NCBI GenBank assembly: GCA_910592345.1
Contig: CAJVPI010000158.1
Span: 1 to 47,865 of the forward strand
DNA: 47,865 nucleotides
DNA from: Paraglomus brasilianum
Taxonomy: Eukaryota
Direction of reading: 5' to 3'
Of the stretch, positions 35,901 to 47,865 are shown one piece after another. The position numbers and the translations under genes are program-made. The notes under the pieces were generated by a model. The model saw only the letters and a list, made by a program, of their open reading frames with translations. It was not told the DNA's origin and did not search any database. The first letter of the stretch is position 1. Every line of letters begins with the position of its first letter.

Positions 35901-38757
35901 TTAGAACAAATAGACACTTTGAGTCAAAGGCAACTTGCTCATTGGCTCACAATCACACAGTTCTCCATCTACACTGACTGCATACGTTTCTGGGTCTACT
36001 TCTACTTTAGGCAATGCATCGTTCAATTTCATGTCCTTCTTTCCAATGCTCCTACACTTACTAACAGCCTCGACTCTCTTTTTCAAGCCATATTTTGCAA
36101 CCACGCCTCGCTCAATGGATGCTTTGCTTACGAAAGCAAGCGAGTTCTTGGAAGCTGCACTTGCATTAGCACCAAACATAGAACGGCCTATAATTGGTTG
36201 TGTGGTAGGAATAGATGCGTTGGCATCACCCATGTTACCCCAAACAATAATGCCCGATTTGATAACTAATTCTGGTTTAGTGCCAAAGAATGCCGGATTG
36301 AACATGGTCAGGTCTGCTATTTTACCAACTTCGATCGAGCCGATTAAGTGACCTACACCACACACAATTGCACTAAGGTTGAGAAGAATGTTGTGAGCGA
36401 GCGATAGAGGAAAAATGATTACGCTAAATTGTTTATTACGATATTAACTATTATTGATACTTACGGATTGATCGTATACTTGGCAACATATCTTCTGATT
36501 CTAAAGTTGTCCGCAGAACCATCTTCTTCGGTTCCCAACCTTCCCCTCTGTACTTTCATTTTGTGCGCAGTCTTCCACGTTCGAAGTACAACCTCCCCTA
36601 TTCTTCCCATTGCTTGCGAATCTGAACTGATGATACTAATAGCTCCAATATCATGCAATACATCTTCAGCAGCAATAGTCTCTGCTCTAATACGAGACTC
36701 GGCGAATGCAACATCCTCTGGAATGTTCTTGTCCAAATGGTGACATACCATCAACATGTCAACGTGCTCATCGAGAGTATTCGAAGTATAAGGTCGAGTC
36801 GGATTAGTAGAAGATGGAATAACGTTTGGCTCTCCGCACACGCGAATGATATCGGGCGCGTGTCCACCTCCTGCTCCTTCTGTATGATACGCATGAATGG
36901 TACGGTCCTTGAACGCGCCAATCGAATCTTCAACAAACCCAGACTCGTTCAACGTATCTGTGTGAATATTGACTTGTATATCGTACTCATCACCAACAGA
37001 TAAGCACGTGTCAATGGCGGACGGAGTAGTTCCCCAGTCTTCGTGGAGTTTCAGTCCCATTGCGCCAGCGACAATCTGTTCCTTGAGTCCTTCAGGAGAA
37101 GACGAATTGCCTTTGCCGGTAAACCCAAAGTTAAGAGGATAGTCGTCGGTTGAAGAAAGCATCATTTCAATGTGATGAGAACCAGGTGTGCAGGTAGTCG
37201 CGTTCGTGCCTGTGTTGGGACCCGTGCCTCCGCCTATGAGAGTAGTTATGCCTGATGAGAGCGCCTACAACAGAACCGGGACGTAAAGATGCAATTAGCA
37301 TAAAGCAAATGAATGAGTAAATCTTGTGAATCAATAAATAGACAACAGGGTAAATATTATGTGCTATCTATTACCTCCGGAAGTAGCTGTGGACATATAA
37401 AATGCACGTGTACATCTATAGCTCCAGCAGTAAATATATGTTTCTCCCCAGCAAGCGCTTCGGTAGTCGGACCAACAATCATTCCGGGAGTAACTCCATC
37501 CATCACGTCAGGATTCCCTGCTTTACCGATTCCAACTATAATTCCGTTCTTTATTCCAATGTCAGCCTAATAACAAAACATCATTAGTACGTTACAAACT
37601 GGATGCGGTGAACCGCAATAACAATTTATTCCAACCTTATAGATTCCAGTATAGTCTACTATGATAGCATTGGTTATAACCAAATCCAACGCGGCGTCAT
37701 CTCCAACTCCCGTTGCTTGTCCCATTCCTTCTCTTAGCACTTTTCCCCCGCCAAACTTGCATTCGTCTCCGTATACCGTATAATCCTTCTCAATCTCTAA
37801 CCACAAATCGGTATTTCCCAATCTGATTCTATCCCCGGTGGTAGGTCCATAAAAGTCAGCATATACTTTCCTTTCCATCGTGTATGGATAGACTCGTAAC
37901 GAGCCCTCGGTCTGAACAGTGTGAGAAAAGCCCTGTTTAACCAAGTCATCGACTATCTGAGTAAGTTTGCTTGAATTGACGTAACCAGAAGCAATGCCAT
38001 TGCCACCAGTGATGCGTTTTTTTCCAGCGATGGAGACGAGAGAAACTGTCTTGCTTTCACCCGGTTCAAAACGAATGGCAGTACCTGCGGGCACGTCGAG
38101 GCGTCTTCCATAAGCTAAAGAACGATCAAATGAGAGAGCTCGATTGGTTTCAATAAAGTGGTAATGGGAGCCCACCTATAAAGTAGAAATGCTGTTACCC
38201 ATCATACAGTCAATGACACCCATGAACGTATAGTACCAAGAATTCTTTCTCACCTGAACAGGTCTGTCGCCGTTATTAGTTACTCTAACGCCAATCCTCT
38301 CTCTTCCTTCATTCAGAACAATCATCCCCGGCCTAATCAAGTAAGCACCAGGGCCATGTTTGTCTCCCTTTTCATCCTCCAACTTAAACATATCATTACT
38401 AGGCACAGGAAGAAAGCTTCCGTACAGCGCCGATTCCAAATCCCCATCATCTGTACAAATAGGATCATGCACAGTCACCAAATAAGTTCCATCTGGAAAT
38501 GTGCCTTCTACTTGCACTTCTGCCAACGTATCCAGTACACCCGGTAATACATGTCGTCGTCCGAGCATTTGTTTGCCAACATTCATCAGATCAGCAACTG
38601 AATAAGTGCCATCACGGATGAATTCGAGAAGCTGTGAGGCAACGAGCGCTGTCGCTTCGGTATGATTGAGTTTCAGACCACGTGCAAGGCGTTTCTGAGC
38701 CAGAAAGCCTACTTGGTGGAGGACTAACTTATCTAATTCGCGTGGGACGAGTTTCAT
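35901..38757 (-). CDS. URE1: Urease, eukaryotic fused gamma-beta-alpha chain (~835 aa, 5 exons)
   Basis: Exons 38757-38254, 38175-37636, 37566-37375, 37264-36465, 36372-35901. [73 protein letters not shown]. Confidence 0.97.
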
Positions 38758-39952
38758 TAAGAATGTATGTAATTAGATTTGGATGATGGTGACTAAATGG
38801 AACAGATGGATGATGCAATTCGTTTTATATGGTCCTTGAGAATGTAGGAGACGTTGTGAGAACATATACATATTTGGTTGTCTTTTAATTGATTTAACAC
38901 ACCTTGTGTGGTCGAAATCTTCCCGATAAAGTATCGATTGTCGCTGTATCTCGATAATCAATTTTATTACTCGGGATTAAGAACGAATGCAATTTAAAGA
39001 AGTTCAATACAATGTATGTAACTAGAAATGGCTGACGGGAGATTCTCTATTGGTGTATCTTGGAAATAAATTTTTTACAGGTTGGGATTGTTTCTATTTA
39101 TTGATACAGACTTCTTCATTATTAACTAATACAAATTGTTTGCAAGGCAAGACGTTGGTCATCTAATGGATCGTATAAAGAGACTTGAAGTTACTGCCAT
39201 AGTTCAATTTAAAATGAACATTATACTGTTACGCACAGCGTCCTAACTATCATTTCGTTATTTGACATTTGCATTTTGCACATCAAAGAGGTGCGTTTCT
39301 TTCACCGTACAACCAAAAATATTAAAACGGAATCGTCGAATTAAGAATTTAAGCCGCGTCTTGCATTGGTTATTTGCGTTGAGTGCGGTAGTGTATAGAA
39401 CAGTATTACCCTAAAAATTTGTTGTATCGAATTTTTATCGTAATTGGTTTCAACTAACAAGCTTTATTCTGTATCTTTACTACAATTAATATAACTCCCT
39501 ACTTGACATCACATAGATAATTACAGTCCATATGGTACTATTTTGATAATATTAAGCACACTTATCTTTATGTAATCCGAATGCAATTGTCTTCTTTAAC
39601 ATCTTGTACAGCTCAATCATACGTCTTATTTCACGGAGAGTATACAGCTCACTTTGATCACACTTCTCGTTACAATGTATTGAGGTTTATGGCCTCGACA
39701 GAAATATACGCACTGTAATTTAGCGCACCTTATAGGTAAAATATGTTAGATGGTAAACCTAAAATCGATTTTATCCTACAAAAAACTATAAATAGGTTAT
39801 GCAATTCGAATATTTATTAACTTTGCGCAAATTTATACTCGGTTTAAAGCCATTAGATTTATAAAAGATTACCCGAATATCTTCTTAGTTGAGAAATTGA
39901 GTTTTGAATCTAGGGTACTATTCGTTAGTCACCGACCACCCCTAAATTTGCG

Positions 39953-40015
39953 ATATTGACATAATGAGCAATGCAATTACGGTGAAATTTAGCGCATCTA
40001 GTGTACAACGTATTT
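39953..40015 (-). repeat. Dispersed repeat, inverted copy of 14060-14133
   Basis: The reverse complement matches 14060-14133 apart from a short indel. Confidence 0.75.
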
Positions 40016-41171
40016 AAAAAAAAAAGAAAAAAAGCGGTGTGTTAGCTAGTAATATAATTAATTTACACAAATTTACATTCTTAAAAAGCGTAAAAGACCT
40101 GCAAAAAACTTTAGCTAAATATCTTGCTTTTTTTTTTTTTCTTTGAGAAACTAAAGTATAAGTTTATTTTATTTCAGTTGGTTGTCCACTGAAGTTATCC
40201 AACCTTCATCTCGTACTGAATGAATGGGCTTGCAGATAGATTATTATTAGCTGGTGCAAATAGTACAAGCTCTATCTCTAAATCTGGCAACATTAATACG
40301 TATTCCATTATTATTATTAGTCAATACATTAACAGCATGAAGGTTTTCTACACCAATATTTGCAGTAATGTTTTGTAATCCCCACTTCATACAAATATTA
40401 TAAAATTGGTCATCATAATGTGGCAAATAAGCGTTTGCTTTGCATATTTAAGAACTGACATAAGGGAGAAAAATTGTTTATATTGTAGAAATATAGTTTC
40501 TTAAAGCAATAAGTTACGTCACAGCATCTATAAATCATTCTGTCCATTCATTAATGCTCTGCGATTGTAGTTTGTTAGAACAGTAACAGTCCAGCCGTTG
40601 ACTAACCATGTCAAAAGCAAACGTAAAGCGGACAAACAGTTTGCTCATAGAGTAAAAATAAGGACGAAGTAAACGGCTTTATTTGCTAATATCTATTATA
40701 TTGTATTTTCTATTTTTGCCGATGCGCATACAAAGAATTCTTATAAATGCGATGAATCTAATAAAACGGTAAACACTTTACTTTAATATACCAAATACTG
40801 CCATTCTAAACCATTTTCTCTACATATTTGGATCCATAAAAGAAATGCGATGCACGATAATCATAGATTTTCTTTAAGGCATTTCTATTATTATGCATGT
40901 CATATAGGAAGCGTTTTTTATAAAGATTCTAAAATAATATTTATTGTAAATGCACGCAAAGTTCCATTCGTATGAATCATAAAGAGTTATTCACAGAACT
41001 TGTGTTATAACAAAGACAAATGATTTTTTACATTGCACTACGTTCAATTTGTTGTACAAAAAGTGAACTAGTACTAATTAGTTTAGGTGATGCCTATTGT
41101 TGACATAAAATCGTATATAATTACACCACCCACGGCCAAGTTTCGTGTGAGTTTTACGTACATACTTTGAG

Positions 41172-41810
41172 ATGAATCTGACCGAACATTTCCAATGCGG
41201 TGTGTGTGGAAATCTAAAGCCCAACCCTCAAGAAGCACAGTGTTGTCACAAACTCTTTTGCCTCGACTGTATCAAATGTACCGAAGATGACAAACACTGT
41301 CCAGCCTGTGGAGCAAACGCTAGCTTCTGCAACAATGTTTTTGCATCGAGAATAATCAACATTAAGCTCAAGGATGACATCAGGCCTAGCAACAATTCTT
41401 TACGATCGCTGGTCACTTCGATCAGTAATACTATTCGCCGTGCGTTTACTAATACCAACAACTCCCATTCTGATACTAATACGGATATCCCTGGCGCTTT
41501 TCCCATCACCGTGTTAACTTTGAATAACAAGAAAATCGATGTCATTGTCGAGAAAAGTGACTCGATCAATATTCTCAAGCTTAAGATTGAACAAAAAGAT
41601 GGTATGCGTTTCATGGGGGAGTGAGTGGGGTAGGGACAGAATCAAGATGAGTACATGCCAACAATAATTTATTTTTCCGTAGGCACTCCTCCGCAAGACC
41701 AGCGTTTAATTTTTCTAGGAAAACAACTAGAGGATCACCTGGCCATCTCGAACTATAATATTGAGAAAGGCGTGACTGTGCATCTCGTGCGTCGTTATCA
41801 GGGTGGCTAA
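41172..41810 (+). CDS. RING finger / ubiquitin-like fusion ending in Gly-Gly (~185 aa, 2 exons)
   Basis: Exons 41172-41601 and 41683-41810. [18 protein letters not shown], then [13 protein letters not shown]...[27 protein letters not shown]...[22 protein letters not shown]. Confidence 0.9.
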
Positions 41811-42730
41811 CGAGTTAGATAATAGTCATTACGGAACAATTGTAATTTCGTGCGTGTATATACAATATATAAGAGTAGGGTACAGGTTTCATTATTGAAT
41901 AAAATTTCAAATCCTTGCTTATGGCTGACGGAATTTCTTAATGTGGTCTTAACAATACAATAATAATAATACATAGATCATTTCAGGATTAAATTTATGG
42001 CCATGGCCTTCATTTGACAATTGGGATATCATAAAAGAGCGCCTTTTTATTGTATGGTTCAATAGATACAATACTCTTATTCTCGAAGTCTAGAATATGT
42101 GAACACTATCTAAGACGATTCCGTATACTGTTTGTTGCAATTATCAAGACAAATAAGGCAACAACACAATTGAATTGCTCAAATGTTACATACCAAAAAT
42201 AATACTAATGGATTAATTTGCGAGAGAGCAATAAAGGCATTTATAATAATGACTACATTTATAAATGTTGGACACGATATGAGGCAACGAACTTACTATG
42301 ATGTGAACGTTACTTTTCAATGGAAATAGAGTGGACCGTGAATTTAAGGTCTTCCAATTGTCTATTTCGTAAACAGAAAAACAAGCCAACTAATCATCGG
42401 CTAGCCAAGGGAATCGTACCTTTTAGTGCAACGTGCCAATGACACAAAAATTACAACAGCAGTAGCGTCAGACCTCACGACCTCACGCACGTAATAGACG
42501 TTATTTGGATCATAAAATGTGGAAACCAATTCACTCCTTGTCTTACTATTCAAGACTCGAATAAACAAGCGTCCACCGTTTTATTATGTTTGGTATAACT
42601 TATTCCAATTTACTAATAATTTTCTGCCAATGACCTGGCTATTATGAAAAGAAATTAAGTCCTTTTTTTCTATATACAACAAAATAAAAGTACAATATAA
42701 TGTGCTTTTTCGAAACGAAACGGATTCATA

Positions 42731-44710
42731 TTATTTTCCATTCAAAAGCCCGGCCCCCACCTCTTCGTCTTGGTCGTTATCGTCCTCCCGCCTTCTCTTC
42801 CTCATACTTTCACCACTCTCGTTCTCTATATCATCATCACTACTCCTTCGCTTCCCACTCTCTTGCCCGTCATCAGTCTCACTCTTTTCTGTCTCGTCAT
42901 CATCATACTCATCACCATTTCGACCATACATCGGATCGTCGTCATCACTAGCATGAACGGCTAACGGATCATCGTCTTCACGATTGATGAAATTAATCGC
43001 CAACGGATCATCCGTATCGTCGACTATACTGGGGCTATTCACCGCCAATGGATCGTCATTCGATGCGCTGTCGTTGGACTGGAGATCGGCATGAAGCGAA
43101 TTGTTGATATCACCTTGCATATCTTCATTCATATCCTTTGGAGTATCCTCTTCCATCATGTCACCGATTGGCTTATCGCTATCGTTCATTATTTCATCAC
43201 CCAGCACAGTATCGTCATCTGCGCCCCTTCCATCATCGCTTTCAACCGGTGTATTCGGAGAATCTTCATGGGAATGATCCCACGTTGACAACTCGGGCTG
43301 TTGATCATTCTCGTTTTCCTTTTCGGGTTCTTCCATTGCACTTCTCTGCTCGGGCGACTCGCTAACTTTATCGAGCGAAGAACTCCTAGACACAGAGTTT
43401 GTCGTATGACGCTCACTTGCGGACGCAGAGGATTGTGGAGACTGATGAGTAGAATGAGGACGAGGCTCAGTTGCGTAGTTTCCTCGATTGTTGTCAGAGT
43501 GTCGACGTTCACTATTTGAATGATTGTTCGTGTCATTCGTGTTATTCATTGAACGACGTCGATTAGTGTTATAATAATGTTCATCGCGTGACATATTGTC
43601 CCGAGAGTTTGAATTGTGATAACTGCTTCGTCTCCCTTCTCCATTAAAAGATCGTTCCCTTTCATCAACGTGACGCTCTCTATTCCTTGTATGATTTTCA
43701 CTGTAGTTTGATGAATGTTCGCGGTTATTGCGCTGACGACTATTATGTGATTTATCATCAGATCTCGAATTGACAACGTCGGCATGCTGAGTATTGGGCG
43801 AGTGAGGCCGTGCGTCTGGCATATCTATGTCTTCATCGGCCGTAAGATCCGATGATGCATTATCAACTGCTGAAAGAACTCGTTTGATTTGCAATTGTCG
43901 TTGGAGAACTTGGTCGTCGAGATTTCTGTCTTGTTGATCCAGTTCGGCTATTTTTTGTTCTAATTCATCTATCTCTCTAAACAATGTCGCTTATCAGAAA
44001 CAACATCAGAACTGCATAGGGGGGTTTTTTTTAACAAGGATACTCACTGCGTTAACTCTCTCCGGGACTTGTGTAATGATATATCCTTTGCTAAGCGATT
44101 GTATTCCTTCTTGTTTATTACTAATATCTCTTCCGCCCGTAATTCCTCTTCTAATTGAGCAATAGTTGCTTTTGCTTCTTCTATTTGAGCGGCTATATAT
44201 GAAAAAAGAACGTGAGATTATCCTTTGGTCATGAATTCGAATCTCTAAATTCATAAATTGCACGATAAGAGCTCTTATTTTGTTACTACCTACCAATCGT
44301 TTGAGATTCTTCTTCCCAGTGTATGTGCTCTCGTACGCTCATGTCATGAATCCGCTGAAAGCGCAACAGATTCTGTACATAGGTGTTGAAATCCAGTAAA
44401 AAGTCTGCACAACATTGTGACCTAATGTATACATACAAAGATTTAAACATACAGCGTGCTTTGGTAGTATTAATTTGTAATAAGGATCTCTCTTACGCTT
44501 CAGGGATCTGTCCTTTTATTAGCGAGTTCCTCCATGCCGCGTGTTTCTTGACGACTCGAAGAAGTTGACGCTCTTCCACCAACAGCCTATCACGAATTAG
44601 CTCTACCAATAGAGTGAGACAGTTCAGTAAGCAACCGTATGGACTGTATTGGCATAATTCACTTCAATAGAGAATAGATCTATCACACCTTCGTCTGCGG
44701 TACTACTCAT
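42731..44710 (-). CDS. THOC7: THO complex subunit 7 (THOC7/Mft1-like) with long low-complexity C-terminal extension (~548 aa, 5 exons)
   Basis: Exons 44710-44689, 44602-44497, 44421-44294, 44192-44048, 43976-42731. ELIRDRLLVEERQLLRVVKK, FLLDF...REHIHW, IEEAKATIAQLEEEL...NKKEYNRLAKDISLHKSRRELTQEIDEL resemble the THOC7 family. Confidence 0.72.
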
Positions 44711-45002
44711 GTTCATTCAATGGTTCTAAAATATTAGACAACAATTTAATTATTGCTGGTCGATTCACATGTTCCGTGTAACATTAAGCGCATAAGTCGC
44801 TCGTAATTTCAATACCCTTACGAAATGGCAGTATGATGATAATGTATGTTACATGTATAAATGATAATTGTTGTGCTTTTTACATTGAACTACTATGAAG
44901 GCTTGACTATTTTCTCCACAACTTATTTTCCAGCCATTCTCGTGTTGACATCAACAGCCGAGACGAAAATATGCTTTACAAAAAACCCTCTGGATTGAGA
45001 AA

Positions 45003-45834
45003 TCAGTTCATTAGTTGATAAGCGTCATATAATGTTTCTTTTTGCGAACGTGCATACAAGAAGCCAACGCCAGACAAGCTAATTAACCACTCGCTCGCAC
45101 TGCAAACCTACAGATTAACACCTTGCCGACAAAATTGGTTTAGAAAATTAATCAGACGTCAATTCAACGAACGCCAATGTGTTCAGATCTATTTGCAATC
45201 ATTAACTATTCCAAAGTAAGATTTGTTCTATGATAATGTCCCTCGTTTCAACAGCATATATTCTTGTAGCACTTAGAGTTAGTTTTGCTACGATAATTAG
45301 CAACTATTATGATCTGAGCTTGACAATTCTAAGATGATCCAAGTCACTCAATGCCTTTAGCACCAAGATTGTTCGATCCAGCTGTGCTTTATTTTCACCA
45401 TCAGTCGGCAGTATAATTAATAGAACGTACAGTTTTCTGTAAAAGTCTCTTAATTGATCCAAAGATCGCATTACACACTTGAACAGTTTGTCCTAAAGGT
45501 ATTGTAATTGCAACATCTATAAGTCAGTGAACAAGTAATGGAGGCGAAATCAGCAAGAAAACTTGCATCATACAGTGTGAGTCGACAATTCGCAAGTAAT
45601 ATTTCCTAATCACAAGACTATACAGACAGTATGGGAGGCTTCACATACCTGAATAGCAAGCTACATGGAGCAGTAAAACGATAATCCAGTATAACGATGG
45701 CGCTATCCACGGTTGTATTCACTTTCTTCCCTCTTTCTTCCCTCTACTACCGTCAGTATATTGCTGACGTCTTGAATGCTGTCATTTTGTCGAAATTGAC
45801 TTTGCACAAATGCTCGGAAACGAGGTCTACTGTC
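45003..45834 (-). pseudogene. Probable frameshifted or degenerate ERCC1/FAAP24/SPO16-like (inactive XPF-fold + HhH) gene
   Basis: AG/GT-bounded exon 45834-45649 reads through only if an 11-nt tandem duplication (45723-45744) is removed. Peptides LDYRFTAPCSLLF, LDQLRDFYRKLYVLLII, RIYAVETRDIIIEQILLW and HhH-like WLISLSGVGFLYA. The family call is by-eye similarity only. Confidence 0.35.
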
Positions 45835-47865
45835 CTGCATATGCCAAAGTCCGTCAGTCGGGTATTAACAGCATAGATAATAATCCATCAAGAATACAAA
45901 ACGTATGTTGTTTTTTCATTCTGTTAACATACAGAATATCTAGTAATTAGGACAGTTGCCATTACTATCTGACCCATTTATGTACATACCACAGGCGCTT
46001 CTTACGTATGACCTAACGGTAAAAGGCAATAACTTCCTGCTAGTGGAGTTGTCATATTAGCTACGGTAAAGTGAAAATTACCAAAATTGTCGAGCGCCAC
46101 TCACCATTTGTCTACTTATTTGTCGTGAGACAGAATATAGCTCTCCTCTATTCTGTTGTTGTAGATACTAAGATTACAAGAGTCGTGATTTTACTCTGAA
46201 GAGGGTAACGGGAGCGTAACAACTGTTACTATATTCAGACTCTTTAGTCAGTCGTATATAGACCAAGGCTATAATTTCACATATTGTTAAGATGCGAATA
46301 TATATCACACAATTGCTCCAGCAGCAAATCTGCTACGCAATGATTCGCCTTGAGCATGAAACCTTCAGTGATGCTCGTGAGCCCATCGGCTTATAAGTTC
46401 GACACATATAAAGATCTTGTAATTCTCCATAGTGCACATGGTATGGCCTCATACAACTGATCGAAGCTCAATCCAGATGGGCAATGGAAGATCGAATTCT
46501 TATACCCTAATGCAAGAATAATAATATGATTTTTAATGATTTTTCTTATTGATCATCCCAAGCAATTGCGGAGGAAGAATGTTTTATTTCCTAACGACAG
46601 AAAAAGCTTCGTGATTCGAAGTGTGAGATATGCTGACCCAAGTAAATAAAATTAAGTGACATAAAGAATATGAGGAATTATTTGATTTAGAATAAAATGA
46701 TACAAACTTTGTGGTTCCGAAAAGTATCCATATACATCAAATCCGAAGTATTGAAAAGGCGTTTTCAATGAACCGTAGACTCAAACTCTATTGAGATTTT
46801 GAATCTATTGTTCTTCGTTATCGCCGATCATCTAAACAAAAAACAGCTCATTATTGGCTCGAAACCATATTTACTATCTGTTGAAAGTGCAATTATTTCA
46901 AACCAAAACTCAAAGAAGTTGATACGTTACTTATACAAATCCAATCTCAAGCCACAAACTCGGAGAATATCTTCTTTTGTATGAGTTTCGTATAATTTCC
47001 GATGATGGATATGATCATCGTAAAAAGATCGTTGCATTATATCTTATTAAAGCGATCGAAACGTATAGCGGGAAATATAGTAGATCGGGAAAAGACACAA
47101 GACGCAATGTCGCAAGTTATATTACAACAGTTTAACTTATCATAAAGACATACCGATAATGTTTTATATGTTATATGTAATAGCACGTACACTAGTGGCA
47201 ATAACTGTTAAAGCGTCGTTGTTTCGCAAGATCTGTATAATACAAGTTATGCGGCGCCAGTTTTGCTCCAGGTTTCTTCATTGTTATTTGTCGTAAATAC
47301 CGACGTCGTTTCTCCAAACGTAGGCAGCAGTGAGCGGGTAATACGGACAATAAAGAGTTTTTTTATAAATAAAACAACACTTTAACAAAGTGTAAACGAG
47401 ATACGTGCATGCAAGCATTAAAAGCAAGCAAGCGCTCTGATAAGGACTTTGTAAAAGACTACAAGCTATACTCTCGAGAAAAGTGGGTAATAAACGAACA
47501 GTCATAAGCAAACGTTGATAATTGTTTACGCAGCAAAAATCAAAATAACAATAGTAAAAAACTTTTTAAGGGGCGAGCTACTAAAACTAGATCTAAAGTT
47601 TTTGATATCAACAAGGCAAATTTTGAGCGCGAGTAGTAAAATACGTCTATTCAGTGCAATCACCGTACAGACAAGTCTAACTGATTGTGTGCATTATCCT
47701 CCGGATCTATTCTAATTAGTTGTCTTCGTTTGCAGATTCATTCGGTATTCTAGAAGACGTTCAAATCGGGTAAAGCAGCTAGCACACCATGTTATGCCTT
47801 CCGATAGGTGCGCATCTGGTACATTTAGTCTAACACTTTTTCTTGAAGAATAGGACCACTAACCG

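Noticed and set aside
35919..37587. Plus-strand ORFs overlapping urease, and similar antisense ORFs over the LRR, TPR, PUB and THOC7 genes
   Set aside because: They are antisense or alternative-frame shadows of well-supported genes and carry no motifs.
35901..38757. Urease as horizontally acquired or as part of the receptor system
   Set aside because: It is an ordinary eukaryotic fused urease with four introns and intact Ni-binding motifs; adjacency alone gives no functional link.
40170..40460. CpG-poor stretch with a short minus-strand open frame (AYLPHYDDQFYNICMKWGL...)
   Set aside because: It may be a TE or gene relic, but it is interrupted by stops and I cannot assign a family.
46799..47715. 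Short ORFs at the right end of the window
   Set aside because: No motif or splice-consistent model; unsupported.

Overview
Eukaryotic, AT-rich, intron-containing DNA with short GT-AG introns and CTAAC-type branch points. Gene content points to an early-diverging fungus (Mucoromycota, probably Glomeromycotina-like; this is inference). Housekeeping genes (SRA1-domain protein, Rdx/SelW-like protein, SNF8/VPS22, a GDPD, a PUB-domain protein, fused urease, THOC7) are interleaved with lineage-specific repeat-receptor genes. Three paralogous TKL-type kinase genes share identical intron positions (exon 2 = 64 nt, exon 3 = 173 nt in all three). Two are a head-to-head pair of pseudokinases, one fused to 44 TPRs and one to about 27 RI-type LRRs. 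The third is a catalytically intact kinase-only gene directly behind a helical-domain/degenerate-RING/TPR/LRR gene whose young LRR array has hypervariable positions. Also present: a RING-ubiquitin fusion ending in a free Gly-Gly, an orphan signal-peptide/7TM/coiled-coil protein, a probable frameshifted ERCC1/FAAP24-like gene, and Tc1/mariner-pogo MITEs and relics. The two LRR genes are strongly CpG-depleted. The most interesting hypothesis is an NBD-less sensor-pseudokinase / executor-kinase / E3 non-self surveillance cluster. All exon models and motif calls were made by eye; no searches were run.
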